NCBI GenBank assembly: GCA_002336805.1
Contig: DDEZ01000010.1
Span: forward strand, 74,895-138,894
Direction: 5' to 3'
Source of the DNA: Bacteroidetes bacterium UBA1941
GTDB taxonomy: Bacteria > Bacteroidota > Bacteroidia > Chitinophagales > LD1
DNA length: 64,000 nt
How positions within the stretch are numbered: the first letter of the stretch is position 1; the number at the start of each line of letters is the position of its first letter. Shown in pieces: positions 18,055-28,032 of the stretch. Under the pieces are notes generated by a model. It did not search any database. It had not been told where the DNA came from and saw nothing but the letters and a program-made list of their open reading frames with translations. A program made the translations under genes and the position numbers.

Positions 18055-19317
18055 CTATATCATCTCCAGTAGTAGGTCGATAGGATCTGCGCCGAGCAGC
18101 ATCTTGTCCGGATTCTCCAGGAAGTCCTTAATGGCTACGAGGAAGCCTACAGATTCCTTGCCATCTATGATACGGTGGTCGTATGATACGGCCAGGTACA
18201 TCATAGGGCGGATCTCTATCTTGCCGTCTATGACCATCGGGCGGTCCTGCACCTTGTGCATACCGAGGATAGCAGACTGCGGAGGATTGATGATCGGGGT
18301 GCTCATGAGAGAGCCAAACACGCCACCGTTGGAGATGGTAAATGTACCACCGGTCATATCATCCATAGTGAGCTGTCCGTCGCGGCCCTTGATAGCTAGT
18401 GATTTTACTGTTTTCTCTATATCAGCGAGGCTGAGTGATTCAGCATTGCGGATCACCGGCACTACGAGCCCCTTAGGTGTAGATACAGCGATGGAGATGT
18501 CACAATAGTCGTGGTACACAATATTGCCTTCATCGATGTAGGCATTTACAGCAGGATACTTCTCCAGTGCCAGGCAGACAGCCTTGGTAAAGAAGCTCAT
18601 CATGCCGAGGTTGACCTCATACTTCTTCTTAAACACATCGCCATACTTGGCGCGGATCTTATTGATATTGGTCATGTCCACCTCATTGAATGTGGTGAGC
18701 ATGGCTGTGCTATTCTTTGAGTATACGAGACGCTCAGCTACAGTTTTGCGCAGTCGGCTCATCTTCTCTACCCGCTCTCCGCGGCTAAATGCTTCTTTTT
18801 TGGCACCGCCAATAGAGGCTTTATTCTTGATCGCTTCCAGTGCATCCGCCTTGGTGATACGGCCGGATACGCCTGTTCCCTTTACATCTTTATTGGCTAC
18901 TCCGCCTTCATCCAGTATCTTCTGGGCTGCAGGTGGGGCAGCGCCTGTGGCATAGCTCGCCTTGGTCTCAGCTACTGGAGCTTTGGTTTCCGCCTTTGGT
19001 GCCTCTGCTTTTTTCTGAGGCGCTTCTGCTTTCTTTTCTTCTGCCTTAGGAGCTTCCGTTTTTGCTTCTTTGGCCGGTGCGGCTGCGCTCTCATCTATAG
19101 TCGCTACGAGCGCACCTACTTTCAGGTCATCGCCTTCGCTGGCTACAAGTTTCACCTTGCCGGCGGCAGGAGAGGGGAGCTCCTGAGAGGCTTTGTCTGT
19201 CTCTACCTCACAGATAGGCTGGTCCAGCTCTACATAGTCGCCGTCCTTTACCAGAAATTTAGAAAGAGTAACCTCGGTGATCGATTCCGCTACCGCGGGG
19301 ATTTTTAATTCAGCCAT
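18055..19317 (-). CDS. sucB: dihydrolipoyllysine-residue succinyltransferase (E2 of 2-oxoglutarate dehydrogenase)
   Basis: Lipoyl domain [19 protein letters not shown], an Ala/Pro/Lys linker, and the catalytic C-terminus [19 protein letters not shown]. Confidence 0.95.
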   Translation of the reverse strand: MAELKIPAVAESITEVTLSKFLVKDGDYVELDQPICEVETDKASQELPSPAAGKVKLVASEGDDLKVGALVATIDESAAAPAKEAKTEAPKAEEKKAEAPQKKAEAPKAETKAPVAETKASYATGAAPPAAQKILDEGGVANKDVKGTGVSGRITKADALEAIKNKASIGGAKKEAFSRGERVEKMSRLRKTVAERLVYSKNSTAMLTTFNEVDMTNINKIRAKYGDVFKKKYEVNLGMMSFFTKAVCLALEKYPAVNAYIDEGNIVYHDYCDISIAVSTPKGLVVPVIRNAESLSLADIEKTVKSLAIKGRDGQLTMDDMTGGTFTISNGGVFGSLMSTPIINPPQSAILGMHKVQDRPMVIDGKIEIRPMMYLAVSYDHRIIDGKESVGFLVAIKDFLENPDKMLLGADPIDLLLEMI

Positions 19318-19342
19318 TGTTTCTTTTAAGCTTTTGCGGGAG

Positions 19343-19372
19343 CAAAAATAGGATTAATATGAATAAGGGCAA
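19343..19372 (-). promoter_or_regulatory. Bacteroidota-type promoter for sucB (TTG-N19-TAttTTTG)
   Basis: The minus strand reads ctgTTGcccttattcatattaatccTATTTTTG. TTG at 19372-19370, an exact 19-nt spacer, and the -7 box at 19350-19343, 25 nt upstream of the sucB ATG. Confidence 0.5.
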
Positions 19373-19392
19373 CAGTGTTTTGCGCCATGCGC

Positions 19393-20796
19393 CTACAGAC
19401 TGTACTCCATATTGCCCACCAGGTAGATATACTCGAAGTAAGTACGGAGGAATTTGAGCCTGTATTCGGCCAGTTTTAGCTCTGTCTCGAGTAGTTTGCT
19501 CTCCCGTGTATTGATCAGGAATAGGCTACTTTCGCCATGCTCGTATTTCAGCTTTTCGGCATCCAGCAGCAGCTGGCTGTATTTAGCATTTGTCTCAGCA
19601 TTCTGGATCTGCTCTTTGAGCAGGTCGAGGTTTTGCTCAGTGAGAGACACTTTTTGAGATATCTCGTTTTTTTTGTTTTGGAGCTCCTGCTGATTATTGG
19701 TGCGCTCCAGGCGGGCTACCTGATAGTCGCTGCGGGAGGTACGCAGGAGCAGCGGCATGGTGAAATTGACCGCCACGCGATAGTTGCTGATATCGGCCAC
19801 GGTGCTGCCGGCAGCATTGGTATTAAACAGAAAATTGTACTTGACATCCAGTTTGGGCTTGATGAGTTCTGCTTTGTAGCGGAGGTCAGCTTTCAGGATG
19901 TTGTCTGTCGTCTCATACTTTGTGATGAGTGGATTGCTGTTACCGGTCCCTTTGGCCTTGTAGCCCCAGGCTAGCAGCGCTTTGTAGCAATAGTACTCCA
20001 GGCTGTCTTTCACACGGTTTTCGCCGATCGTATTCATGGGGCCCTCACTGCTCCAGTTTAGCATAGTAAGGGAGATAGACCTCTTCCTGTATTCCAGCTC
20101 GGCACCACGCAGGTCCAGGTCACGGCTTCTGTAAAGGATGCTGGCTTCTATCGTGTCAGCTATAGCCTTCTCACCGAGGTCGGCCAGGATCCTGATGCCG
20201 CTGTAGCGGTCCTGCGCCAGCTGCAGAAAGTAGCGCTGTATGCTGATCTCCCGATTGGAATACAGCCAATCGAAATAGGTCAGAGAGGCATTGTACATAA
20301 GGTCGTTCAGCAGGATATTGCGGTCGGCCTCATAGTAGCTCCTGTAGCCTTTGGCTTTCACTAGCTCAGTCCGTCGCTTGTCTATGACGAGGCCCTGCAG
20401 CAGTGAGGCCTCTACTCCTATATATGGCAGTCCATAGGTCGCAGTTTTGAACTCGGGGTTGAGATAGTAGCCGGAGCCATACTCGTAGCCGGTAGTGATA
20501 TACTGAGAGGTATAGATGGGCTGCTTCAGCTTGGTGAGCAGGGTAGAGTAGTAGGTCTTGCTGTCAAAGTTCTTATTCTCATACTCTACGCTGACCAGCG
20601 GATCGTAGCCGCCCTGCGCTGATTTGAATAGCCAATCTCCCTTGGCCTTGATATTATTGGCCCGGACAGCGAGGGGATGGTAGGTCTTTACATTATTGAT
20701 AAAATCATTGTACTCTGGTATGCGCTGGGCAGAAACACCAGAGACTATAAGCCAGGCGACAAAGAGCAGGAGCTTATTTTTTCTTCTTGTCGTCAT
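19393..20796 (-). CDS. TolC-family outer membrane efflux protein
   Basis: Two-repeat coiled-coil / beta-barrel pattern. I prefer the ATG at 20796 (MTTRRKNKLLLFVAWLIVSGVSAQ gives a clean signal peptide). This start overlaps the upstream gene's stop by 23 nt. Confidence 0.8.
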   Translation of the reverse strand: MTTRRKNKLLLFVAWLIVSGVSAQRIPEYNDFINNVKTYHPLAVRANNIKAKGDWLFKSAQGGYDPLVSVEYENKNFDSKTYYSTLLTKLKQPIYTSQYITTGYEYGSGYYLNPEFKTATYGLPYIGVEASLLQGLVIDKRRTELVKAKGYRSYYEADRNILLNDLMYNASLTYFDWLYSNREISIQRYFLQLAQDRYSGIRILADLGEKAIADTIEASILYRSRDLDLRGAELEYRKRSISLTMLNWSSEGPMNTIGENRVKDSLEYYCYKALLAWGYKAKGTGNSNPLITKYETTDNILKADLRYKAELIKPKLDVKYNFLFNTNAAGSTVADISNYRVAVNFTMPLLLRTSRSDYQVARLERTNNQQELQNKKNEISQKVSLTEQNLDLLKEQIQNAETNAKYSQLLLDAEKLKYEHGESSLFLINTRESKLLETELKLAEYRLKFLRTYFEYIYLVGNMEYSL

Positions 20797-23059
20797 ATGT
20801 GGTAGTAGTGGTTGGTTTGTAAAAGTCAGGAGGGAATCCATTTACTTTTCTCCATATTTCGTATGCTAGCGGTACCTTGTTCAGCAGGGCAAATCCCTTG
20901 GCACCAGTACCTACGGACAGTACGTGCGGCCATTCCTGATCCCCACGGGCCACGAGTATCCTGAATTTGCCATTGGCAGAGATAGCCCTGTCTATAGCTA
21001 CTACGCGGCCAGTGTAGGTGCCCACACTCATACCCGGCCAGCCGGAAAAGACAAATGCCGGCCAGCCATCAAAAGTGATCTGCACACGCATATCTTTCTG
21101 TACGAGGGCCAGATCCATCGGGTCTATGTATAGCTCCACGGATAGATTTGGCGTCTGCGGTACAAAGCTGATGAGCGGCATACCTTCTTTCACTATATCT
21201 CCCACGCCCTGGACGAAGGTCTGGGTCACGTAGCCATCCTGAGGAGCAGTGACATAGTAGTATCCCGACCGGATGGTATAGCCTGTGAGCTGCCCCTGCA
21301 TCTTGGTCAGGGCAGCCTCTGCATCGTACATAGAGGATAGCGCGGAGAACTTGTCAGACTCAGCCTTGGTCATTTTCTCATTGTAGTCCTGCTGTATGGC
21401 ATTGATCTCTATGAGCAGATTGGTGATCTCGTTTTTGCTATTGATCCATTTGTTTTCTGCTGCTATGGTCTTGGCCTGGCTCTCCTGGAGTTTTGCCTTG
21501 CGTGACTCGAAGTCGGTGCGTGATATCACGCCTTTGGTCAGTAGCTCTTCGTACCGCTTGAACTGGTTTTGATTGATGTCATTATTCTGCTGGATAGAGA
21601 AGTACTCTATACTATCACTGGTTACCTTATTTCTCGCCTGCAGGAGTTTGTTTTTGGCCTGCTCCAGTTTGAGAGAGCGTGCCTGATTGAGCGCGTCAAG
21701 CTGCTGGTCTATGGCAGATACCTTCTGCTCGTATGAGCCGATGGTAGACTCTTTTGATTTGAGCTGGGACTCTACACGGCCTATGAGCTGCGGGTCAAAG
21801 TAATCGTCTTTGATCTCGGATATATATGCAATAGTATCGCCCTTCTTTAGTACTTCGCCCTCCTTTACAAACCACTTCTCTATACGGCCGGGTATACGGG
21901 AGGGGATGGTCTGAGGCTTGTCAGATGGGTTGAGGGTGGTTACTTTGCCTGTACTGGTCACGGTTTGGTTCCACGGCATGAGCAGGGTGAGGAAACCGAC
22001 TGCCAGCATAGTATAAAACAGGATACGTGTGACACGTGCATAGCGGTACTGGTATACGCTGTCATATACTTCCTTGCCCACGTTAGGGTCAGGAGTGGTG
22101 AGCAGGTAGTTTAGCATACCATCATGGCCCAGCGCCTGGTCGAGCTTTTCTATGGAGGTGAGTACGTCGTATACAGTATCGAGGCTGGTGATGAGTTTCT
22201 CCACCCCGTTTATAATAAGGATGACAAGTATCTCAGAGGCTACGAACTGGCCGATATTGATGTAGCCCTGCTGTACCAGCCATATACCGAGGAAAAGTAA
22301 TAGGGCAGTAAATACAATCTTAAAGATGAAAATACTCCTGTACTGCAGGTCTAACACCTGAAAGTGCTGACTCTTGTAGCGAATGTATTTCACGAGAGAA
22401 GCATCGGCAGCTTTTGTCGGTTCGTCTCCCGTTTTCAACCCATCCTGCGCTGCATCAAATACCTGATGGAGTTTGTCTACGAACTTGTACTTTTCCTTAG
22501 ACTCCGATAGGCTGGTATCCATAGCATTCCTGCCGGTGAGGCGGATGATGATGAAGAAGATAAGGGCTGTAACGATCGTGAATATGATAAAGACAGGATT
22601 GTAAAGACTGAGCAGGATAAAGCCAAAAAAAATGCTGATCAGTGCATAAGAGAGCTCCATCAGGATCTTTGACAAACCTTTCTGGAGGGTGAGTGTGTCG
22701 AAAAAATAGTTGATGTGATTATCCGTCCGGGTAGCACGCTCGTGATCCTGGCGGAGGCGGGAGAGTTTCTGCGAAAAACCAATACCAATACGGGCTACAA
22801 TATGCTGCTGAAGGGTTTCATTGGCGCGCATCTTCCACATCTGGAAAAGGCCCATGAATATCACAGCCAGGATAGTCAGGATGCTGAGCAGTACCAGCGA
22901 GGCTGACATCTGGCCCGCCATGGTATAGGTGACCACTGCCTGGATACCTAGCGGTACAGTCAGATAAAAGACACCCTGCAGGATAGCGAGTATGTAAATA
23001 ACTCTGACCTGTGGGTAGAGAGGTTTGAGGAAGCGTAGTAATTTTTTGATCGAGTGCAT
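20774..23059 (-). CDS. fusion protein: ABC type-1 exporter transmembrane domain (no nucleotide-binding domain) + HlyD-family periplasmic adaptor
   Basis: Start taken at ATG 23059 (MHSIKKLLRFLKPLYPQ...). Residues ~1-330 carry six hydrophobic helices and the ABC_membrane pattern (LLRFLKP...ILAILQGVFYLTVPLGIQAVV...LQQHIVARIGIGFSQKLSRL). After a further TM (ILFYTMLAVGFLTLLMPW) come the HlyD barrel-sandwich (IPGRIEKWFVKEGEVLKKGDTIAYI), a long Q/K/E coiled coil and VTAPQDGYVTQ. There is no Walker A or LSGGQ anywhere. Confidence 0.8.
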   Translation of the reverse strand: MHSIKKLLRFLKPLYPQVRVIYILAILQGVFYLTVPLGIQAVVTYTMAGQMSASLVLLSILTILAVIFMGLFQMWKMRANETLQQHIVARIGIGFSQKLSRLRQDHERATRTDNHINYFFDTLTLQKGLSKILMELSYALISIFFGFILLSLYNPVFIIFTIVTALIFFIIIRLTGRNAMDTSLSESKEKYKFVDKLHQVFDAAQDGLKTGDEPTKAADASLVKYIRYKSQHFQVLDLQYRSIFIFKIVFTALLLFLGIWLVQQGYINIGQFVASEILVILIINGVEKLITSLDTVYDVLTSIEKLDQALGHDGMLNYLLTTPDPNVGKEVYDSVYQYRYARVTRILFYTMLAVGFLTLLMPWNQTVTSTGKVTTLNPSDKPQTIPSRIPGRIEKWFVKEGEVLKKGDTIAYISEIKDDYFDPQLIGRVESQLKSKESTIGSYEQKVSAIDQQLDALNQARSLKLEQAKNKLLQARNKVTSDSIEYFSIQQNNDINQNQFKRYEELLTKGVISRTDFESRKAKLQESQAKTIAAENKWINSKNEITNLLIEINAIQQDYNEKMTKAESDKFSALSSMYDAEAALTKMQGQLTGYTIRSGYYYVTAPQDGYVTQTFVQGVGDIVKEGMPLISFVPQTPNLSVELYIDPMDLALVQKDMRVQITFDGWPAFVFSGWPGMSVGTYTGRVVAIDRAISANGKFRILVARGDQEWPHVLSVGTGAKGFALLNKVPLAYEIWRKVNGFPPDFYKPTTTTTYDDKKKK

Positions 23060-23169
23060 ATTGTGGATAGGTTTCCAAATATGCGGCCCAAAGCGCACAA
23101 GTCTCTGCGAGGTTTAATGTATGGGGCCGATTTTAACAGAAATTACGACCCAAACGATGTCAGGTAAAC

Positions 23170-25896
23170 TTATTCAAAGGATTTAGAAAGTATCTCATCC
23201 TGCTCCTTCACGTGCTGCTTCTTGAAACCTGTCGCTGGTGAGGCTGAGTTTTTACGAGCTATGACGCGCAGTTTCATCTTGTCATACAGGCCACTCTCGT
23301 AGAGTCTGCTCAGCAGGAATGTCCATGCGCCATTATTCTTAGGCTCCTCCTGTACCCAGACGAATTCTGCCTTAGGATATTTCGCGGTGAGTGCCTCCAG
23401 CTGGGTGTACGGCAGCGGGTAGAGCTGCTCCATACGTACCACGGCTACATCCTTCACGCCGTCTTTTTCTTGTTTTTCCAGCAGCTCATAGTAGATCTTG
23501 CCGGTGCAGAGTACTACGCGGCGTACCTTCTTGCCGTCTTTGAACTGTGGATCGTCCAGCACCTCCTGGAAACCACCTTTAGTCACATTCTCCAGCGGAG
23601 AGATGGCGCGCGGGTGGCGGAGGAGCGACTTAGGGCTCATGACCACGAGTGGCTTGCGAAACTCCCAGGCGAGCTGACGGCGCAGTGCGTGGAAGTAGTT
23701 GGCCGGATCAGTGATGTTTACCACCACCATATTCAGCTCAGCGCAGAGTTGGAGGTAGCGCTCCAGGCGGGCTGAGGAGTGCTCAGGGCCTTCGCCCTCA
23801 TAGCCGTGAGGGAGCAGCATGACCAGGCCGCTCTTGCGCTGCCATTTGGTCTCGCCGGAGGCCACGAACTGGTCTGTGATGATCTGCGCACCATTGCTAA
23901 AGTCTCCATACTGCGCCTCCCAGATCACGAGTGGATCAGGGTGCGTGATAGAGTAGCCATACTCAAAGCCGAGTACACCATACTCACTCAGGTGTGAGTT
24001 ATAGATAAAGAACTTACTCTTGTCAGATTCGAGCGGAGAGAGGCGGCTGTATTCGCGCTCGGTATTGATATCAGTGATCACAGCATGGCGGTGTGTGAAA
24101 GTACCACGCTTCACGTCTTCGCCGCTGAGGCGTACGTTTTTGCCATCCAGCAGGATGCTGCCGTAGGCCATCAGCTCGGCTGCAGCCCAGTCTACGATCT
24201 TATTGGTCACCAGTTTGTCCTTGCGGTCCTCTATGTGCTTCTGCACTTGGCGGAGCGGTGTGAGGTCTGCAGGTATGGTGGTGAGCGCATCGATCAGTTT
24301 ATCGAGATTGCCCTTGCTGATGCCGGTATCAGGAGACTTTTCAAAGTCCTTGCTGGTAGCTGAGCGGAGAGTCTGCCATGCAGTCTCCGTAGACTGCGGC
24401 TGGTATGGAGGTGGGTTTTCCTTCACGGCATCCAGACGCGCCTGAAGGTCTGCCCAAAATTCTTTCTCCAGCCTCTTGGCCATATCATCAGTGATAGAGC
24501 CTTCTTTTTCCAGTTTGCTGATATAGATATCGCGTGGATTGGTATGCGCGTCTATCAGCTTGTACATCATAGGCTGGGTAAACTTAGGCTCATCACTCTC
24601 ATTGTGGCCCCACTTGCGGTAGCACACCATGTCTATGAAGATATCCTTGTTGAATTTCTGCCTGTACTCTGCTGCTATCTCTGCAGCATATACTACCGCC
24701 TCTACATCATCGCCATTCACATGCAGTACGGGAGCCTCGATGGTGGCAGCGATAGAGCTGCAATAATCAGACGAGCGGCCATCTTCAAAGTCTGTCGTAA
24801 AGCCTATCTGGTTATTGATCACATAGTGCAGCGTGCCGCCTGTGTAGTAGCCCGGCAGCTTGGCCATCTGGAGTACCTCATAGATGATGCCCTGGCCTGC
24901 CACAGCTGCGTCACCGTGGATGAGGATAGGCATGATCTTGTCATAATCTGAATTGTATATCGCATCAGACTTGGCACGTACGAAACCTTCTACCACAGGG
25001 TTTACCGCCTCAAGGTGTGATGGGTTAGGGATCAGCTTGAGGTAAACTGATTTATTGCTATCTGTAGGGTACTGGTGTGAGTAGCCGAGGTGGTATTTCA
25101 CATCACCATCGCCCAGAGAGATATCGTAGAGCGCAGTACCCTGAAACTCGTTGAAGATCTCTTCATAGGTCTTGCCCATGATGTTGGCCAGGATATTGAG
25201 GCGGCCGCGGTGTGCCATGCCTATCACGATCTCCTCCACATTGCCCTCGGCAGCAGTATGTATCACCGCATCGAGGCCCGGTATGGTAGACTCGCCACCC
25301 TCCAGGGAGAAGCGCTTCTGTCCGATATATTTTGTACCGAGGAATTTCTCAAATACGACCGCCTGATTGAGCTTTCTCAATATGCGCTCTTTCTTCTGTA
25401 CGCTGTATTTGATCGCGTCCAGCTTTTCTATCTTCTCGCGGAAGTAGGCGATCTCTTCCTTCACACGTACGTAGCCGTACTCAAAGCCTATCGGGCCGCA
25501 GTACACAGCCTCCAGCCGAGCGACGATATCGCGCAGGGTGGCATTGGCCAGGCCGAGCTCAGAGCCGATGGCAAATTTCTTGTCAAGGTCCTTGTCCGTG
25601 AGGCCAAAGTCGCTCAGTTCCAGGTCTGGATGGCGGTCCATACGCGGGCGTATAGGATTGGTCACAGCCTTGAGGTGGCCCTTATTGCGATAGGCTGCGA
25701 TGAGGGCGTATACCTTAAACTCATCTGCAGATACGCTGCCTCCCGGCTTGCCATTATAGCTAGTGGATGCGAGGTCAAAACCTTCAAAAAACTTCTTAAA
25801 CTCCGGGTCTACTGATTCTGGTTTGCTTTTGAAATCCCTATAGAGATTTTCCAGGTACTCGGGCGTAGCGTTGCTGAGATATGAGTAATTATCCAT
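23170..25896 (-). CDS. sucA: 2-oxoglutarate dehydrogenase E1 component
   Basis: 908 aa. MDNYSYLSNATPEYLENLYRDFK..., the ThDP-binding region IHGDAAVAGQGIIYE, and LLPHGYEGEGPEHSSARLERYLQL. Confidence 0.95.
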   Translation of the reverse strand: MDNYSYLSNATPEYLENLYRDFKSKPESVDPEFKKFFEGFDLASTSYNGKPGGSVSADEFKVYALIAAYRNKGHLKAVTNPIRPRMDRHPDLELSDFGLTDKDLDKKFAIGSELGLANATLRDIVARLEAVYCGPIGFEYGYVRVKEEIAYFREKIEKLDAIKYSVQKKERILRKLNQAVVFEKFLGTKYIGQKRFSLEGGESTIPGLDAVIHTAAEGNVEEIVIGMAHRGRLNILANIMGKTYEEIFNEFQGTALYDISLGDGDVKYHLGYSHQYPTDSNKSVYLKLIPNPSHLEAVNPVVEGFVRAKSDAIYNSDYDKIMPILIHGDAAVAGQGIIYEVLQMAKLPGYYTGGTLHYVINNQIGFTTDFEDGRSSDYCSSIAATIEAPVLHVNGDDVEAVVYAAEIAAEYRQKFNKDIFIDMVCYRKWGHNESDEPKFTQPMMYKLIDAHTNPRDIYISKLEKEGSITDDMAKRLEKEFWADLQARLDAVKENPPPYQPQSTETAWQTLRSATSKDFEKSPDTGISKGNLDKLIDALTTIPADLTPLRQVQKHIEDRKDKLVTNKIVDWAAAELMAYGSILLDGKNVRLSGEDVKRGTFTHRHAVITDINTEREYSRLSPLESDKSKFFIYNSHLSEYGVLGFEYGYSITHPDPLVIWEAQYGDFSNGAQIITDQFVASGETKWQRKSGLVMLLPHGYEGEGPEHSSARLERYLQLCAELNMVVVNITDPANYFHALRRQLAWEFRKPLVVMSPKSLLRHPRAISPLENVTKGGFQEVLDDPQFKDGKKVRRVVLCTGKIYYELLEKQEKDGVKDVAVVRMEQLYPLPYTQLEALTAKYPKAEFVWVQEEPKNNGAWTFLLSRLYESGLYDKMKLRVIARKNSASPATGFKKQHVKEQDEILSKSFE

Positions 25897-26110
25897 TATA
25901 TGACATAGAAATAGTGTGCGAACTTACGGCAAAATCAGGGAATAGGCAAAGCCTTTTATATGAACATATACCCGTGGTTTTCAACCATTGTAGCCATGAT
26001 GAATTAACATCTGGACAATGATTGAATTACCTGTTTTACCGAAATTTGGCCTACTGCACATACTGCCTTTCCTTTATTTGGTTACATTTATTTAACAATA
26101 AACCACCGTA

Positions 26111-27991
26111 ATGAATAGAATTTTTACGCTCATCGCATGCTGCGCTGTAGCTGCTATGGCCTATGGACAAAATAGTCACTTGCTACCCTCGCGCCCGCTG
26201 GTAGATAGTGCGCTGGCTCCTTTTTTTCATGGAGTAGCCTCAGGAGACCCGCTGGCGGACAGGATCATACTATGGACACGTGTCACTACCGATGATCCTA
26301 CAGTATCTGTAGACTGGCAGATAGCCACCGATACCGCTTTTGCCAATGTAGTGACCTCCGGCACTGTCACGACCGATACATCAAAGGATAATACTGTCAA
26401 AGTAGACGCCACAGGCCTCAGCCCTGCTACATGGTACTACTACAGGTTTACAGCCTATGGCAAGCACTCGTCTACAGGCCGTACGCGCACTGCGCCATCC
26501 GGCAATACAGACAGCCTCCGCTTTGCTGTCGTAGCCTGCTCTAATTTTCAGGCAGGATTCTTTAATGTTTACCAAAGTATAGGTACCCGCAATGATATAG
26601 ATGCCGTACTGCACCTGGGCGACTACTACTATGAGTACAAAGCCAGGGGCTATGGCTACACCGGAGATAGTACCCGTCTGCATGATCCCGGTGACCATGA
26701 TGCCCAAACGCTGGCAGACTACCGTATGCGCCACTCTCAGTACAAACTGGACCCGGACCTGCGGCTATGCCATCAGCAGTACCCCTTTATCACGATCTGG
26801 GATGACCATGAGACTGCCAACGACTCCTACCTGCTGGGTGCAGAAAACCATGATCCTGCTACAGAGGGCGACTGGTTTACACGCAAGGATGCCGGCAAGA
26901 AGGCATATTTTGAGTGGATGCCTATACGCGAGGTGTCGACCAATAATGATACAACCGTGCGTCGCACAGAGAAGTGGGGTGACCTGATCGACTTCATCAT
27001 GCTGGATACCCGCTATGAGGGCAGGGACTCTACGCTGGGTACATTTATACCTGATACAGTGTCCTACGTGACTGATACCAACCGCCAGCTGCTGGGCAGG
27101 CCACAGCTACAGTGGTTTAAAGGAGAGCTCAGTGCCTCTACAGCCAGGTGGCGCATCATAGGCAATCAGGTCATGATAGCCCCTCTCACCACCTATCCCG
27201 GTGTACGTACCATAGTGAATGGTGACCAGTGGGACGGGTACCCGGCCGAGCGCAAGCGTGTGCTGGACCATATCATGCAGAATCAGATCAATAATGTGGT
27301 ATTCATCACAGGAGATATACATACCTCATGGGGCAATGATGTACCTCACCCGGACTCTACGTATGACCTGGCTACAGGCCACGGCTCAGTGGCTACTGAG
27401 TTTGTGACCACCAGTATCACTTCTCCCAGCAATGGGCTGGACATCATACCTGTAGGCGCCGTACAAAATTTCAACCCGCACATGAAGTATGTAGAGCTGC
27501 TGAAGCGCGGCTACCTGCTGCTGGATGTAAATAAACAGCGTGTACAGGGTGACTGGCTGCATGTCAATACTGTCACCAGCCACAACTTCACAGTGACTGA
27601 CGATGGCTACTGGATGAATATGAATGGAGAGCGATTCCTGCGCCTGGCGGCGGGACCGCTGGGACCGCGTCCGGGCAACCCACCACTGCTGCCATATACT
27701 ATCGTGACCGGTATAAAGAATGTGGCCAATAACCTCATCGTAATGGGCTGCTATCCAAACCCGGCAGAAAACGAGGTAGCCATACAGTACTATCTCTCTG
27801 AGCCGGCCAAAGTGACCATAGCCATCACAGATATGAGCGGCAAAACAGTATACACCCGCGAAGAGCAGCAAACCCAATACGGCCTGTATAGTGGCAAGGA
27901 ATACATAGACAATCTGGCCGCAGGTAGCTATGTGGTGAGCATCACCGCCGGTGGCAAAACCTACAGCAAGCAGCTGGTAAAAGCTAAATAA
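26111..27991 (+). CDS. phoD: alkaline phosphatase D with T9SS C-terminal sorting domain (tandem copy A)
   Basis: FFHGVASGDPLADRIILWTRV (PhoD_N), LHLGDYYYEY, ITIWDDHETAND, VVFITGDIHTSW, and the tail CYPNPAENEVAIQYYL...GSYVVSITAGGKTYSKQLVKAK. Confidence 0.9.
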   Translation: MNRIFTLIACCAVAAMAYGQNSHLLPSRPLVDSALAPFFHGVASGDPLADRIILWTRVTTDDPTVSVDWQIATDTAFANVVTSGTVTTDTSKDNTVKVDATGLSPATWYYYRFTAYGKHSSTGRTRTAPSGNTDSLRFAVVACSNFQAGFFNVYQSIGTRNDIDAVLHLGDYYYEYKARGYGYTGDSTRLHDPGDHDAQTLADYRMRHSQYKLDPDLRLCHQQYPFITIWDDHETANDSYLLGAENHDPATEGDWFTRKDAGKKAYFEWMPIREVSTNNDTTVRRTEKWGDLIDFIMLDTRYEGRDSTLGTFIPDTVSYVTDTNRQLLGRPQLQWFKGELSASTARWRIIGNQVMIAPLTTYPGVRTIVNGDQWDGYPAERKRVLDHIMQNQINNVVFITGDIHTSWGNDVPHPDSTYDLATGHGSVATEFVTTSITSPSNGLDIIPVGAVQNFNPHMKYVELLKRGYLLLDVNKQRVQGDWLHVNTVTSHNFTVTDDGYWMNMNGERFLRLAAGPLGPRPGNPPLLPYTIVTGIKNVANNLIVMGCYPNPAENEVAIQYYLSEPAKVTIAITDMSGKTVYTREEQQTQYGLYSGKEYIDNLAAGSYVVSITAGGKTYSKQLVKAK

Positions 27992-28032
27992 GACACGACA
28001 TTTATAACCTAAACAAATAAAGTAGCCCCTCA

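Noticed and set aside
25090-25815. 241-aa plus-strand ORF, with similar ORFs at 16246..16857, 27386..28138, 28300..28890, 29994..30638, 50423..50956, 53093..53653 and 54815..55348
   Set aside because: Each lies opposite a conserved enzyme gene (sucA, lpdA, phoD copies, acyl-CoA dehydrogenase, HMGR, squalene synthase, OSC). None has independent coding support.
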